Source of the DNA: Octopus bimaculoides
Taxonomy: Eukaryota
Assembly (NCBI RefSeq): GCF_001194135.2
Contig: NC_068992.1
Location: 7,359,479 to 7,423,478 of the forward strand
DNA length: 64,000 nucleotides
Reading direction: 5' to 3'
The notes under the pieces were generated by a model. It had not been told where the DNA came from and did no database searches. It saw only the letters and a list, made by a program, of their open reading frames with translations. The position numbers and the translations under genes were made by a program. Shown here piece after piece: positions 1-13,715 of this stretch (positions are counted from its first letter, which is position 1; each line of letters opens with the position of its first letter).

Positions 1-881
1 AGTGAACTGGCAGAATCATCACTGCACCAGCATTTCTTCTGTTCTTTATCTTCTGAGTTCAAGTTTTGTTGATGTCAACTTTTCTTTTCATCCTTCTTGG
101 GGTTGATACCACTTGAACACTGGTGGCTAATATAATTAGCTATTACTTTCCCCTTATAAAAATTGTTGATTTAGTGCCAAAATTTGAAACTGTTATTTAC
201 AGTTTACTTAGGAATATAAAAATATATAAATATTTGTACTGCTGTCTTTTTATAATCAGTTGACAGCATGCACGTCTGCTCCAAGATAACGTATTTCTGA
301 AACAGACAATCATCAGTAGTATTAAAGTACATTTTTTTCCAAAAAACCATTTCATGACTAGATTCCAAATGAGTAGATAGCCTATATTTTTCTATTATTT
401 TACAGCATGATAACATATTGAAGTGGTTAAATAAAATCTCTACAGCATCACAGATGCTGGCATTGACTAAACGGAACTCATGATGTCATTTATATTATAA
501 TGAGATTTTGATCTAAATACAAACACTTTGATATGGACACCTTCCAAGTTGTTGGTATTAAAAGAGGTAAACAACCAAATTATAGATAAGAATAAACAGC
601 ATATTAATTTAATGTTGACACTTTTTTTATTCCTTAATGACTTCAGATAATTATTACAGGAAATAATAATTCCTCTTTTCCCCTCCCGCTATTTCTTTTC
701 TCTATTCACCTATATAGAATGTGACTTTTCAGCTATACAGTCATATTTTCCTCAAGCCAAACTCTCTAATTTTTTTTACACAAATGCATAATCAACTAAA
801 GCGCTAGATTTTTGTTTCCATTATATTCAATTATTTACCCACACACAAACATATATATATGTATATATATANNNNNNNNNN

Positions 882-924
<43 letters not shown>

Positions 925-2599
925 TACATAAATACACACACATTTATACACATACAGTTTATGTATATTTATTTTTATTTTTATATACAAACATATTTAT
1001 ACGTATGTTTGTATGTATATAGTTAGCTAATTTTGCTGTTTGTTTTTCCCCTGTCTGTAAAATCTATTAAAATAGCAACAAAACATTTGTTTGTGTGAAA
1101 TATTTGCACATTTACTTTTTCAGGTATTGCAATGACATTTATAGATTTTACTAGATTTTAAATGATTTAAGAGTGCAAGTAACTTCACATAGAATACAAG
1201 ATGATGCTGAAAATGTGTTGCTAGGAAACATATGATCGAATCATTTGAAAGTACATTAGTTTTCTAGGAAGAATGTTTAGTTTCACTGTCATATAATTGG
1301 ATTCCTATTAATATGTTGTTGAGTTGTAGTAAATCAGATATTTTTGACTATTGGCTAGTCAGAGAAAACAAACCCTGCCCCTTTTCAGGGTATGTTTGAA
1401 TCTAGAGAAAAGAAGTAAAACAACCTGAGACGTGGGACCTAGCAGAAATGCTTGAAACCATACAAGACTCTACCAAATTCATTCAATGATCAGAAAATCA
1501 TTTTTAAGTGATTGTGACATTAAGGTTACAAACCTAGAATAGGAACATTTCATTCTATAAGCTTCCAAATTTCATTCTCAATGTTTTGGTTGACCTGAAC
1601 CTAGAAGACATTTGACTGTAGTGGCACACTGTGGAATTGAATGTGAGACCATGTAGCTGCAAAAGCAAATAGCTTAACCATGCAGCCATATCTGCATCTG
1701 TTTTGAATAAGTTGAAAAGAGTCTGAAGCAATATAAAAATAGTCTACCACAGACAGTTCTCTTATTTTTTCTCTTTTTATTCATTGTATTTTTAGCCTCT
1801 CGTATACTGACATGTTTGACAAATAAAAATTTTATAAGTGTGTAAATGTCAGTTAAATTTGTGAAGCATTTCATATTTTTCTAATATAATGGTGCAAATA
1901 TGAGTATGTAATTAAAAGTTTTAATTTGTAGTCACAGGGATTCAGGTTCAGTCACAAAATGTGATACCTTAGGCAAGTGTTTTGTGTGTGTGTGTGTGTG
2001 ACCAAACCTTAAATAAAAACCAAATTTTCATTTCTTCTATCAGGTTTCATAAAATAAGCAACAGTAATATCTTCATGTTTTCTTCCTCTATCAACTTTTT
2101 TGTCGAGGTGCATAACGGATGGATGTGTACTGTGCATCCCAGCTAATAATACTTAGGGGTTGTTGCTCCTCACAGGAACAATGTGGCCATTTAGATTCAC
2201 ACCATTATCTGCCCTTAAAATGCAAGCAACATCAAGTAGATTTTTTTTCCACCTACAGTCTCTTGCTTGAAGGAACCTTGGGTGGAGGGAGCTCTCAGTT
2301 GTTGTGTTAAATCAACATTGGTACTTCACTAGTACTTATTTTGCTGACTTCAGCAGGATAAAGAGTAAAGTTGACTTCAGCATGATTTGAAATAAGAAGA
2401 TAAAAGCCCTTCACTAAATGCTGCAAAGTATTTTCTCTGCCAGTCTATCACCTGTATATGCTAGGTTATATCTAATCTTCTAGATTACAATCTCTTTAAG
2501 AAAAAGTACCTCATGCTTTGTCAGAACCTTCATTCGAGTTTGTAATTTTTGTCAAATGTTTTTATCTTCTATTTTTATTTACCATATGAATATTCCCCA

Positions 2600-2990
2600 T
2601 ATCTATTGTGATTATTGAAATAATTATAATCATTGAAATAACTGTGATCATTGAAGTAACTGTGTATGATATTAAGATAATTGTAAATATTGAAATTATT
2701 GTAATTCTTGAGATACTTGTAATTGTTAAAGTAATTGGGATTATTGAAATAATTGTAATTATTGAGAAATAATTGCTGAAATAATTGTGTTATTAAAGTA
2801 ATTGTAATTATTGAGGTAATTATTATTGAGATACTTGTGATTATTGAAATAATTGTAATTATTAAAGCAATTGTGATAATTGTGATTATTGAGATAACTG
2901 TAATTACTGAAATAATTGTAATTATTGAAACAATTATGATTATCAAAATAATTGCATTTATTGGAAATATTTATGATTATTGAAATAATT
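2600..2990. repeat. Degenerate ~9/18-bp AT-rich minisatellite
   Basis: Recurrent aataattgtaattattga-like units. Confidence 0.8.
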
Positions 2991-4955
2991 ATAAAAATTC
3001 AAAACATTTTTCGTACTTTTTTTCCTTTCCTGTCAGTTTCTTCATTTCCATTATTGTTTTCTTTTTCTATGGACTATCTATATTGTTTTATTTTATTCTG
3101 TCTTTTCCTTTCCACAGTCACGTAACATAATAACAAGCTAGATTCTATTGCCAAACAGAACTACAATTGGTCTCGGTCAAATAACTTTTTCCCCTTTCAC
3201 ATAACTTTACAATCTATTATCAGTTAGAACAAAACTCACACAGGTGTTGCACATCACCAATACAATTCATGTTACTCTAGAAGTGCAGTATCTATATCAT
3301 AACTGTTCACTGACATCTATTTATGTGCTTATCTGTTAATTCAAACGATGAATGGAATAGACACAAACATTCAGAAAATATCTTCATTTTACTCCATATC
3401 TAAACATCAACTATAATTTCCCATTTCTCCCACGACCACCCCTTCAGTGAGGCAACTACAAAGATTTTAATAATCATGTTAGAAGAAGAAAGAGCTTTAA
3501 TCATTCAACAATTAAAACTGCTGTTCGCATTTCTGGAAATAGTTTCTTTAGCCAATCGTCCACCTCACTTTATCTTCTAAATTTATAGCATTGCAGACCA
3601 CTTATTTATAAACATGCAAGCAGTCTTATCACAAATCATTTTATCCTTGTAACTATATGATATATTATAGTCAATTATTAACTTTCAATGAAGTCATTCT
3701 CTCAAAAGTGTTTTCATTGCAGCGTTATCTGTCTGTGGTCTTTTTAGAACTGAAATTTGAAAAACATCTCATTTTCTGTTATATCAGACATATTTTCATC
3801 AAATAATGTGGTTGCTGTTTTTGTTGTTATCATTGTTGTTGTTGTTTATATCCAGACTATCCTTGATCCAGGAAACCTATGATGAAAAGCATTCCAGTCA
3901 TGACTGACTCTGTCTATTTTTCTTTCTTTTATTTTTTGGGTTTTTTTTTCTTTTCAGATACAATGTATCTAATACCACATCATTTTTCTAAAACAGTATG
4001 GTGTGGTTTCAGTGAAATTCTACTGCTATTTCTAGCAGGTCAAACAACCACATATTGGGCCCCCACCCACCTCATTACCTCATCAAACAATGTAGTGTTG
4101 TTGCTATTATTGTTGTTGTTGTTGCTGTTATTGTTTAGCCTCATGTCAACCATGATCAAACAGATCTATGATCAAGGTTATTCCAGCCATGATCATCCCC
4201 TCTTATTTTCAGGCTTGTATCTAGAACTACATTATTTAAAGTGCCCTTCCTTCTTTATGATGGTAGATTGTAATTTTGATAGACATTTGGCTGTTATACC
4301 CAGCAAGTTGATCCATTGAACATGTAGGAAGAGCAATTTGTTTTTAAATACTGTTTACCATTATTTTATCAATTGCAAACCATTTCATCTAAATGATAAT
4401 TACAAATTGGTGACATTTTAATGTAGACAACAGCATAATTAACAGGTGTCCTACACTGTATTTGTATATCTATACAAATGTCAGGTAAATTTATGAGTGT
4501 TTGTTTATACTAAACACATTTTTAACCTCTCTTATGAAAAGAACATACTGTGGTTAAACCACATTTTCTTATTTCTCTATGACCAGAAAAAAAGTCAAGT
4601 TTCAGTGTTTTTATTGCTTTGTTACTCATTTTCTTAACTATAGAGAACATAGTAGCTGAGAACTGTTTACAGTACATACAAACTTGGATAAAATTAAATT
4701 GACCTGATTTAATATAAATAATCACAAATGCAAGCTTTGGAAATGTTTAATAGAGAGAAGCACCAAACAGCATTAGGATAAATAGTGATATAAGTTAAAA
4801 CTTATGGGTGTATTTATAGTAAATTTTTCTGGTTGAAATTGAAAAGTACCTATTTTTCACCACTAAGTTAAAAGCATGTTTACTATAAACACACAGTCAT
4901 AATTCGACCTTATATCTCTGTTTATCCAAATGTTGTTGTGCACTTCATCATCATC

Positions 4956-5217
4956 GCGGAACGCGTGGCTTAGTGGTTAGGGTGTTAGCATCATGATCGT
5001 AAGATTGTGGTTTCGATTCCTGGACCAGGCGACGCGTTGTGTTCTTGAGCAAAACACTTCATTTCACGTTGCTCCAGTCCACTCAGCTGGCAAAAATGAG
5101 TAACGCTGCGATGGACTGACGTCCTGTCCAGCTGGGGAACACATACGCCATTGAAACCGGGAAACCGGGCCCGTGAGCCTGGCTAGGCTTTAAAAGGGCA
5201 CATGTATTATTATTATT
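4956..5217 (+). mobile_element. Full-length tRNA-derived SINE (family C) with 14-bp target-site duplication
   Basis: A box gtggcttagtgg, B-box-like ggtttcgattcc, core ttgtgttcttgagcaaaacacttcatttcacgttgctccagtccactcagctg and an (ATT)n tail. It is flanked by acttcatcatcatc at 4942-4955 and 5218-5231. Confidence 0.9.
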
Positions 5218-5934
5218 ACTTCATCATCATCATTTAATTAAATATTATTAACAGATGTAATATCTTAATGAAAATTAAGGCAGATCGATTTAGTTTTGTT
5301 CAAGTTTATATATACTAAAATAGTTGTAAGCTACTATTTAATTTATGAGTGGGAAAATGAGTGATCAGTCACTGATGAAGCAGTAAGAAAGAAAGGAAAA
5401 ACTAGTCAAGTCTGTCTCCTTTTTCTGGTCACAGAGACAAAAATGTGGTCGTACTACAGTATTTTCTTTTCACAGCAAGGCAAAAGAAAAACTATATGTT
5501 CACTATAAACATCACTGTATGTTTACCTTTCACCTCTTTTTTGATAATTATGCATAATTTTTCCGAAATGACTTCATGAAAAAATAAACTTAAGATGAGA
5601 TGTTACTGAAGTTAACTTGCAGAAATTCTGTTCTAGATAGATACAATGATACATTTATCATAATGTTCTGGCGTGATGGTATTATATCTATGAGAATTTC
5701 AGGTGATTTGAATGTGTAGCTTCAGGAAATGTGTGATTAAAACAGACTTTAGCATGATCTACAAACATTCCTTGCATGTCAATGTGGTCTCACTTTATGT
5801 ACTTTGGTTGCTGTCATTGTTTAGCTCAAAGACTGTCAGTTTTTTTGTATCTTTCTTTTGTTCTTTTTTTTCTTTTTTTTCTAAGACCTGTGCATCCAGG
5901 AAGACATTATCAGATACATCTTTCTCCTTTTAAG

Positions 5935-6198
5935 TTAGTAAGATGTGGTTTGAGGGTTATTTGACTGCTGTTTCTTGCAGTATGAGTAACCACATAGAAG
6001 TTCCCTAGCTGACTTGTGTGTTTTACTGATGGTAGTTGTTATTTAACTTCAGGTCAGCCCAAATTGAACAAATATCTGATTAAAAGTATTCCAGACATCT
6101 TTTTTTCTTTCAGGCAGTGAACACCATCCAGTTCTAAATTAACAAATGTGACCTTTCCTTTATAAGATGATAGGGAAGATTTTGAGGGAGATTTGACT

Positions 6199-6200
<2 letters not shown>
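5935..6200. repeat. Unclassified interspersed repeat (gagggagatttgactgctatttctagcagg family)
   Basis: The same blocks recur near 3850-4320, 6890-7130, 26960-27390, 35780-35965 and 62300-62390. The class could not be determined. Confidence 0.55.
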
Positions 6201-6241
<41 letters not shown>

Positions 6242-7130
6242 TGAATCAGCACATGTTAAGTCACTTGTGTTCTTTCATCAGGACTATATTCACCGTATTT
6301 TAACATCACTGTGATGGGAAAGTACAATGTCGTATTTATACTACCTGTTATATACTGTTAATTTTTTTTTTTTTTTTGAATTTTTTGAAGTTTGTTGCAG
6401 TTGATGTGGGAGAGGCTGATATTTCAAACACAGCTGGCATGGATTTCATCTATTGCTTGCAGATCTATGAGGGTAGGGTATTATCATTTTGTACAAAAGG
6501 TTATGCCAGTGAATATTTGATCATCAATCTTTCTGGGTAATAGATTTAATTCACCACCCAGTTTAGCACCATCGTTGAGCCTTTGGGTACCTTCCGCAGA
6601 ATCCATCCGTTGTAAGCATTCATGCTAGGCCTCTGAGGATAACTTCTTCCCATTTTCCCACCAATCATAAAAGCTTGGAAACATCTGGGTCACAGCAATT
6701 TCTCTTCCATGAAGTTTTACATTCATATTCTCTTCTTCTCAGTCAAATGTATGAACAATACTGATATATTCTTACATTTCTTCGATATCCACATCTGTGT
6801 CCACAAGTGTCTGACTTCACATCATAATTGTTGTCTTCATATGGTACGTTGTTCTCTAGTAGTTATACTTAAGATGTTGTTATTGTTTAACCCCAGGTCA
6901 TCTTTAATCCATCAGCCCTCTGATCAAATGGCATTCTAACCATGATTACATCATAATATTTTCAAAAATATTATTTAAGGCTACCTTATCCATCATGTCT
7001 TAAAGAGTATGGTTGATTTGAAGGCTACTTGGCTATTTTGTAAGAAAGTAGGGTGTGACTTGAGGGAGATTTGACTGCTGTTTTTATAACAAGTCTAGCA
7101 ACAATATAGAAACTCCTTTGATGATAGAGT

Positions 7131-7246
7131 AGCATGGATCTTAGGTGTTTCACTCATAAACACACACATCACCCGGTCTGAGATTTGAACCCACGATCCC
7201 TCAATTGTGAGTCCACTGCTCTAACCACTAGGCTATGTGCCTCCAC
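7131..7246 (-). mobile_element. tRNA-derived SINE head (family D), partial
   Basis: Minus strand gtggaggcacatagcctagtggttagagcagtggactc...gggttcaaatctcagaccggg, with A- and B-box-like motifs but no acceptor stem. Confidence 0.65.
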
Positions 7247-7295
7247 AGGAGTTTTTATATGCATGTTCAAAATGTTTCCTGTAAACAAAATTAAA

Positions 7296-7336
<41 letters not shown>

Positions 7337-10251
7337 NNNNNNNNNNNNNNNNNNNNNNNNNNNNNNNNNNNNNNNNNNNNNNNNNNNNNNNNNNNNNNNN
7401 NNNNNNNNNNNNNNNNNNNNNNNNNNNNNNNNNNNNNNNNNNNNNNNNNNNNNNNNNNNNNNNNNNNNNNNNNNNNNNNNNNNNNNNNNNNNNNNNNNNN
7501 NNNNNNNNNNNNNNNNNNNNNNNNNNNNNNNNNNNNNNNNNNNNNNNNNNNNNNNNNNNNNNNNNNNNNNNNNNNNNNNNNNNNNNNNNNNNNNNNNNNN
7601 NNNNNNNNNNNNNNNNNNNNNNNNNNNNNNNNNNNNNNNNNNATATATATATATATATATATATATACATACATATATATAGACACCTATCCCTGTCCCT
7701 TTATACCTCTAATCTCTCATCAACTGGCACAAAGCACACCCCCTGCCCAACTCACTACTTCTCCCCACTTCCAGCTGAAGAGGTTTTTGTCTTGCAAGTT
7801 ACTTGATGACTCTTTTGGTGCCACATAAAAACTACCCAGTGCATGCTGTAAAGTAGTCATTAGGAAGGGAACCCAGCCACAGACATCATTCCAAAACAGA
7901 CAATAGAGCCTGGTGTGGGTCCAGGTCTTACCAGTTCCAGTCAAGCCGTACAACCCATGCTAACATGGACATTAAATAATATATAGTATAACTTAGATAT
8001 CATAGTTATTTTCCTTGTCTTTAGCCTTACCTATTCATTTATGGGATTTTTATAAGAAATCAATGCTGTGATTTCTTGAAACTTATGAAGGGCTATATTT
8101 TCATGGTTATAGAAATAATGCAGAGCACAAATTATGTTTAAAAATGTTGGTATTTTGATTGTTAGATGTGTTCTTTTGAAAACTTTCTGAATACGACAAG
8201 ACTGAATAAATTTTATTGCATAAAATTATACTTGTAAAGATTGTAGATTACTCGTTAGACAATGTTCATTGTTAATGAAGAAGAGAGAAGTTTACATATT
8301 AGTAATTATCAACAATCTTGTTATATAAGAAATGATTAACTTAAAATCAAATTTTAACTGAAGAATGCATCTGAAAGCGAAAATAGAGCTTATAAGATGC
8401 TTCCAAATGTTAGTATTGTTTTTCATGTTTTAAACTGATCATTCATATTGTAACCACTTTTCTGGAAAGGAAAAGAACCATGATAGAATTGGAATGTTAC
8501 AACTACAGCAGGAATTAAATTCTCCATACACTCCTTCCTGATATCTAGAGGAAAATCCAACCAACTCTTTGTGCTGTAAAACAAACCTGATTTGCTTCTA
8601 AGTTTTATGCTACTGAATACTTTGGATGTCTGATCAAACTTTCAGAACAATGAAGAGATGAAAGAAATTTTAAACATAAAATGCTTCACTCAAAAATGGC
8701 AACTAGTACTGTTAACACAGTGGTCATTTTTACAATTGATTAAGTGCATAGCAAAACTTGAGTAAAAGAATTTCCTTTTGAAATTTTGGTCAACTGAAAC
8801 TTTATTCTGGACTAGATAAGTTAACTATTAGAAGTTGTTGTCATTGTGTTTTTGTATGCTGTGAAATGTTTTAGATATGAAGAAATGTCCTTTATTATCC
8901 AAACATTGGCTATCACATTGTTAACTTTTGATAATAGCTGCTAAACACTTGATGTGGCATAATATTCTGCAACTAAGATGAAGGAATTAACCTGTTTCAG
9001 TGTTTCTCTGTGGTGTTGTTGTACGAAGACTATTAATTTTACTTTTGGTCTATGTACTTTAATGTAGTTTACTAATATTGATTTTAGTAAGAATATTGCT
9101 ATATTTATTTTGTGCATTAGGAAATTGCTTCCTTTACAGCTTACATATTTGTGTTTTAAGAATGTGGATGTGCATGTATGTGTATGTTTGGCATTTCTCT
9201 ACTTAAATGCGGTCCATTCTACAGCACAAGATATTTTAGTCTAAACAACAACTTCAATAAAATTCTGAACTTCAAGAAAGTTTTACATATTACAAATGAG
9301 CAACTTATCAATTAAATTCAAAGAATTCTGATTATCTGGTCTGAAATTTCTAGAAGTTAACAAGTAAACATATACTGACAAAAATAATATACATCAAGTA
9401 TTATAGATGTGAAATCAAACCAATAATTATAGTTCAATAGCTGAGGATTCTTTATCGGCTGACTCTGTAGATACTTTTATTTACTGAGTTTCAAATCTGA
9501 GCTCAGTGTAAATATATGCAATTTTCTGTACACATATTTTTTCAGTCGTTAGCTCTTATAGAACAAATTAGTAGACATGTTGAAATCTTAGTTTAGAATT
9601 TTAGTGGGGAACAATCTAATCATATACTTTCTGTGCAATTGTTAAAACACTATAGATGTAGGCAAGGTTGTGTGGTGAAAAGTGTGTTTTGCTACTCTGT
9701 GGTTCAGTACTGAACTTGGAGCAAGTACTCTCTACCATGATTGTTTTATATTAACCAAATGGTTATCAAAGAAGTTTGGTATAACAGGCAGAAATTGTAT
9801 GTGTGCGTGTGTGCATGTGTGTGTGTGTGTGTGTGTTTATTCCAGTGTAAGATAAAAACTTATGCATCCGATTTCTTATCTTACTAAAATAATGGTTGAT
9901 ATAGTCAACTGAAACCTCTGCATGTGATGCTCTTGTATGGGTGCAGTTTAATGATTGAAACCAGGAGAGAAAAAAAACAAAAATATGTGCCACCAACAAC
10001 CACTTCACCCAAAGGATGAAATTGAAAAGGTCTACAAACATTGCCTACTCTTGAAAACTTTTGTTCGAAATTAAGTTAATACAAAAAATTATTAAAAATA
10101 AAAACTTGAGCAAAACTGTACGTGTGTGTATGTATATATTTATATATACATACACACACACACATATATCTGCACATACATATGTATCCAGGTGTACATA
10201 TATATGTGTGTACACACATACATATACATAGATATATAAGATCAAAGTATA

Positions 10252-10306
<55 letters not shown>

Positions 10307-10597
10307 NNNNNNNNNNNNNNNNNNNNNNNNNNNNNNNNNNNNNNNNNNNNNNNNNNNNNNNNNNNNNNNNNNNNNNNNNNNNNNNNNNNNNNNNNNNNNN
10401 NNNNNNNNNNNNNNNNNNNNNNNNNNNNNNNNNNNNNNNNNNNNNNNNNNNNNNNNNNNNNNNNNNNNNNNNNNNNNNNNNNNNNNNNNNNNNNNNNNNN
10501 NNNNNNNNNNNNNNNNNNNNNNNNNTATATAATAACAGATAACTTTATTTATCAAAAAATGCTATGAGGATAAAAATAAACGTTCTTTTCTATAATG

Positions 10598-11633
10598 TTA
10601 TTCAATAAAGCCACATTCAGCTCCAACAACTGCTTCTATATGAGATCTAAATCATCTACATGCTCGAATCAAGTGGTCCTGGTTCATTTTGGACATTACT
10701 CTGACTATGGTAGTTTTCAAAGAATCTTTGGTGTTATGTGTGTGTTCATTGACCTCTCTATCAACAACACTCCACATGTAATAGTGACTGGATTGAAATC
10801 TGGGGAATTAGGAGGCCAAATGTTAGGGGTTATGTGATCATGAAAATTTTCAGCCATCCATTCTTGTGTTACTAGAGCCATGTGTGATAGTGCAGAGTCT
10901 TACCGAAACACATGTTTCATTGCATACATTGTGTATTGCGTACACTGTCTAACCAGGGCTTAACAGTTATTTCGAGGACCTCAATGTAGGCAGCAGAGTT
11001 AATTATAAGACCTTCTGGAAAGAAGTAAAGAAGCATCAAATATCCTTCATTGTTGACAACCCCTAAAACCATGACAGTTGCAGGAAATTTTGTATGCATA
11101 ACACTTGGAACATCAGAAGGGTCTGCACATAACCATCTGTCATTTCTTCTGTTAACTTTTTGATCTTGGTCAAAGTTTTTTTCGTTTGAGAAAAACTAAA
11201 TCAAATCTTTTTCTGCTGAATTTTTCAGTTTGTTTAAAAGCCTTTTAGATCTGACGTTGTGATTTTCTTTTGCTTTTTCTGACAAATTGACCTTCCCTCA
11301 TCATATAAGACTTATATCTGATCTCTTCGTGGACAACATTTCTGACTGTTCCTTCTGACACATGGAGATAGATCTTTTGCAACTGACCTCATGGACTTTC
11401 TGGGATTGAAATCAATGGTTTGTTGAACTTGCTGATTAAATTCAGGTGTTCTAATAATTTCAGAGCATTTAGAATGCTTTTTTATGCTTTGATACTAGTG
11501 ATACGTTTCCATCTTCAGTTTCTAGCTCCTTACAAACTTTGTAGATGAAAAATCTGGCAACTTTTAACGATCAAGATATTCCTAAATCGCTATGCTCAGC
11601 CTTTATAACCACAATAACAACATGCTGCTTCAT
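10598..11633 (-). mobile_element. Decayed Tc1/mariner-superfamily transposase, DD37D (maT-like)
   Basis: ATG at 11633 and TAA at 10598, about 345 codons with stops and frameshifts. Motifs read FSNEKNFDQDQKVNRRNDRW, HTKFPATVMVLGVV, DSALSH and WPPNSPDFNP. Counting across a 1-nt frameshift gives 37 residues between the 2nd and 3rd catalytic Asp positions. No TIRs were recognised. Confidence 0.85.
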
Positions 11634-12515
11634 TTCTTGATTCAAATTAATCCTACAAATTTTTAATTATTTATAGATAGATAGATAGGTAGGTAGGTAA
11701 GTAGGTAGGTACGTACATACGTACATACATACGTACATAGGTAGATAGAGATAGATAGACAGACAGTTAGTAGGTAGGTAGATAGAGATGGATGGATGGA
11801 TGGATTAAGGAACCCATCACTATGCATAACTATTTTAAAATAATGTAGACATTTAATTTATCTTAGATTTGATATTTCAAGGAAGAAATAGATAATAGAA
11901 GTATACACATATTAGGTGTGTGCTACATTGAAGACATGGCTGTGTTTGATTTCAATGTTTTTATTAATACTTTATCATATTTCCTTATTCGGTTTTTAGG
12001 TCTAGTTTGGTATAATAAAATTATTATTTCAAATTAAATGTATGAAACTAATAAGGGAAGATGAAAAAAGATCTTTAATAAAAAAACGACTTAATTGAAA
12101 CACATTTGAGTCTTCAATATAACGTTTGAAAAAAAAATGTGTTCTCATTTTACATAAATATATGCACACATACATACGTGCATGAGTGTGTGTGTGTGTG
12201 TCTGTGTGAATGTATGCCATATGTATATTTACATGCATGTATATGTATGTACATACATGCATATATGTATATTTCTCTGCATATGAATGATTTTCTTCCT
12301 CATCTCCTAGATTCTGAGATGAAAAAAGAAAAGAAAAATAATACAAAAGATGGTATATTTTAAATTTCTATTTCCTTTCAAGTAATAAGTAGATACTATC
12401 TTACTAACTTACTACTAACATATCTAACTTAAAAACAAATAAGAATTTATAGTTGAGCCACAATATTGAAAACATAGAGAACTAAAAGCCGAACACCAAA
12501 TTCTATATTTTTCAG

Positions 12516-12803
12516 ATATTTATCTCACAGGAACTTCATTTGTGACTGTTGGTGATCACATAATATTGGTGTGCAATGTGGTGGGTGGGGACTATATCCC
12601 CGAGGATGTAGATTGGTTCAAAGATGGCAATGAGATCAAATATGATTCTACACAAAGGGTACACGTAACCAGACAGCGTTCGGTGAATACGAAGTTTTTA
12701 TCGAGTCAACTACTGATTAAAAAAAGTAATATGGATGATGCAGGGAATTACGTTTGCCGTTCTGGCATGGATGTAACCAGCCTGAATGTTGAAGTCCTTA
12801 ATG
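12516..12803 (+). CDS. Internal coding exon, Ig (I-set-like) domain; probably the second Ig domain of a ZIG-8/Dpr-like two-Ig cell-surface protein
   Basis: Acceptor ttctatatttttcag|12516 and donor 12803|gtaggc. The exon is 288 nt with symmetric phase 1-1. It translates to IYLTGTSFVTVGDHIILVCNVVGGDYIPEDVDWFKDGNEIKYDSTQRVHVTRQRSVNTKFLSSQLLIKKSNMDDAGNYVCRSGMDVTSLNVEVLN, with the Ig hallmarks LVC, DWFKDG and DAGNYVC. The family assignment is from recalled resemblance to molluscan zig-8-like proteins, not a search. Confidence 0.92.
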
Positions 12804-12983
12804 GTAGGCAATGATTTTTTATGGCTTCTTTCAGCACATTATTATCTTTCTATTTCAAAACTCTCCCCTTTTTTTGATACATCAAAATATCTCTCAAATC
12901 TTCTTATTCAAATTCTGGAAGCATTTTTGAGATTCAGCGTATAGGCTTCAAGATATTTTCTATTTAAATACCGAATACATCAT

Positions 12984-13034
<51 letters not shown>

Positions 13035-13659
13035 CATACATACAATGGGCTTCTTTTCAGTTTCCGTCTACCAAATCCACTCACAAGGTTTTGGTCGGCC
13101 CAAGGCTATAGTAGAAGACACTTGCCCAACATGCCACGCAGTGGGACTGAACCCGGAACCATGTGGTTGGTAAGCAAGCTACTTACCACACAACCACTCC
13201 TATGCCTTACATGTATATTTATACATAAATTATAGATCCACTATAGGTAGAATAAAGTGAGAGATAAATATCGATTTAATACACATATTGAAAGAGCAAC
13301 TAATAGTTTCATGCTTTTTTAATACTTAAACTAGGCATATTTATAATATATGCCATGTATCTCCGACCAACCTTTCACTAAGGACACTGGACAGTGAGAA
13401 ACTAAGAAAAAACAAGAAGAAAAATACTGCATTAATTGTGGTTTCTGCAGTTAGGGAGGATGGGGATCTTGGTTTCTTTCTTCTCATATATATATATATA
13501 TATATATGTGGGTGTATATATATATGTATGTATATATATGCATATGCATATATATATATGTATATATATTTGTGTGNNNNNNNNNNNNNNNNNNNNNNNN
13601 NNNNNNNNNNNNNNNNNNNNNNNNNNNNNNNNNNNNNNNNNNNNNNNNNNNNNNNNNNN

Positions 13660-13715
<56 letters not shown>

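Noticed and set aside
2575-2946. 123-aa Ile/Thr-rich minus-strand ORF
   Set aside because: It is the translation of the minisatellite, with no splice signals or domain.
6540-6880. Possible very old LINE C-terminal fragment on the minus strand
   Set aside because: There are too many stops and no diagnostic motif I can state with confidence.
1-12500. Search for the signal-peptide and first-Ig exons of the host gene
   Set aside because: No spliceable frame with Ig motifs was found; these exons probably lie upstream of the window or in gaps.
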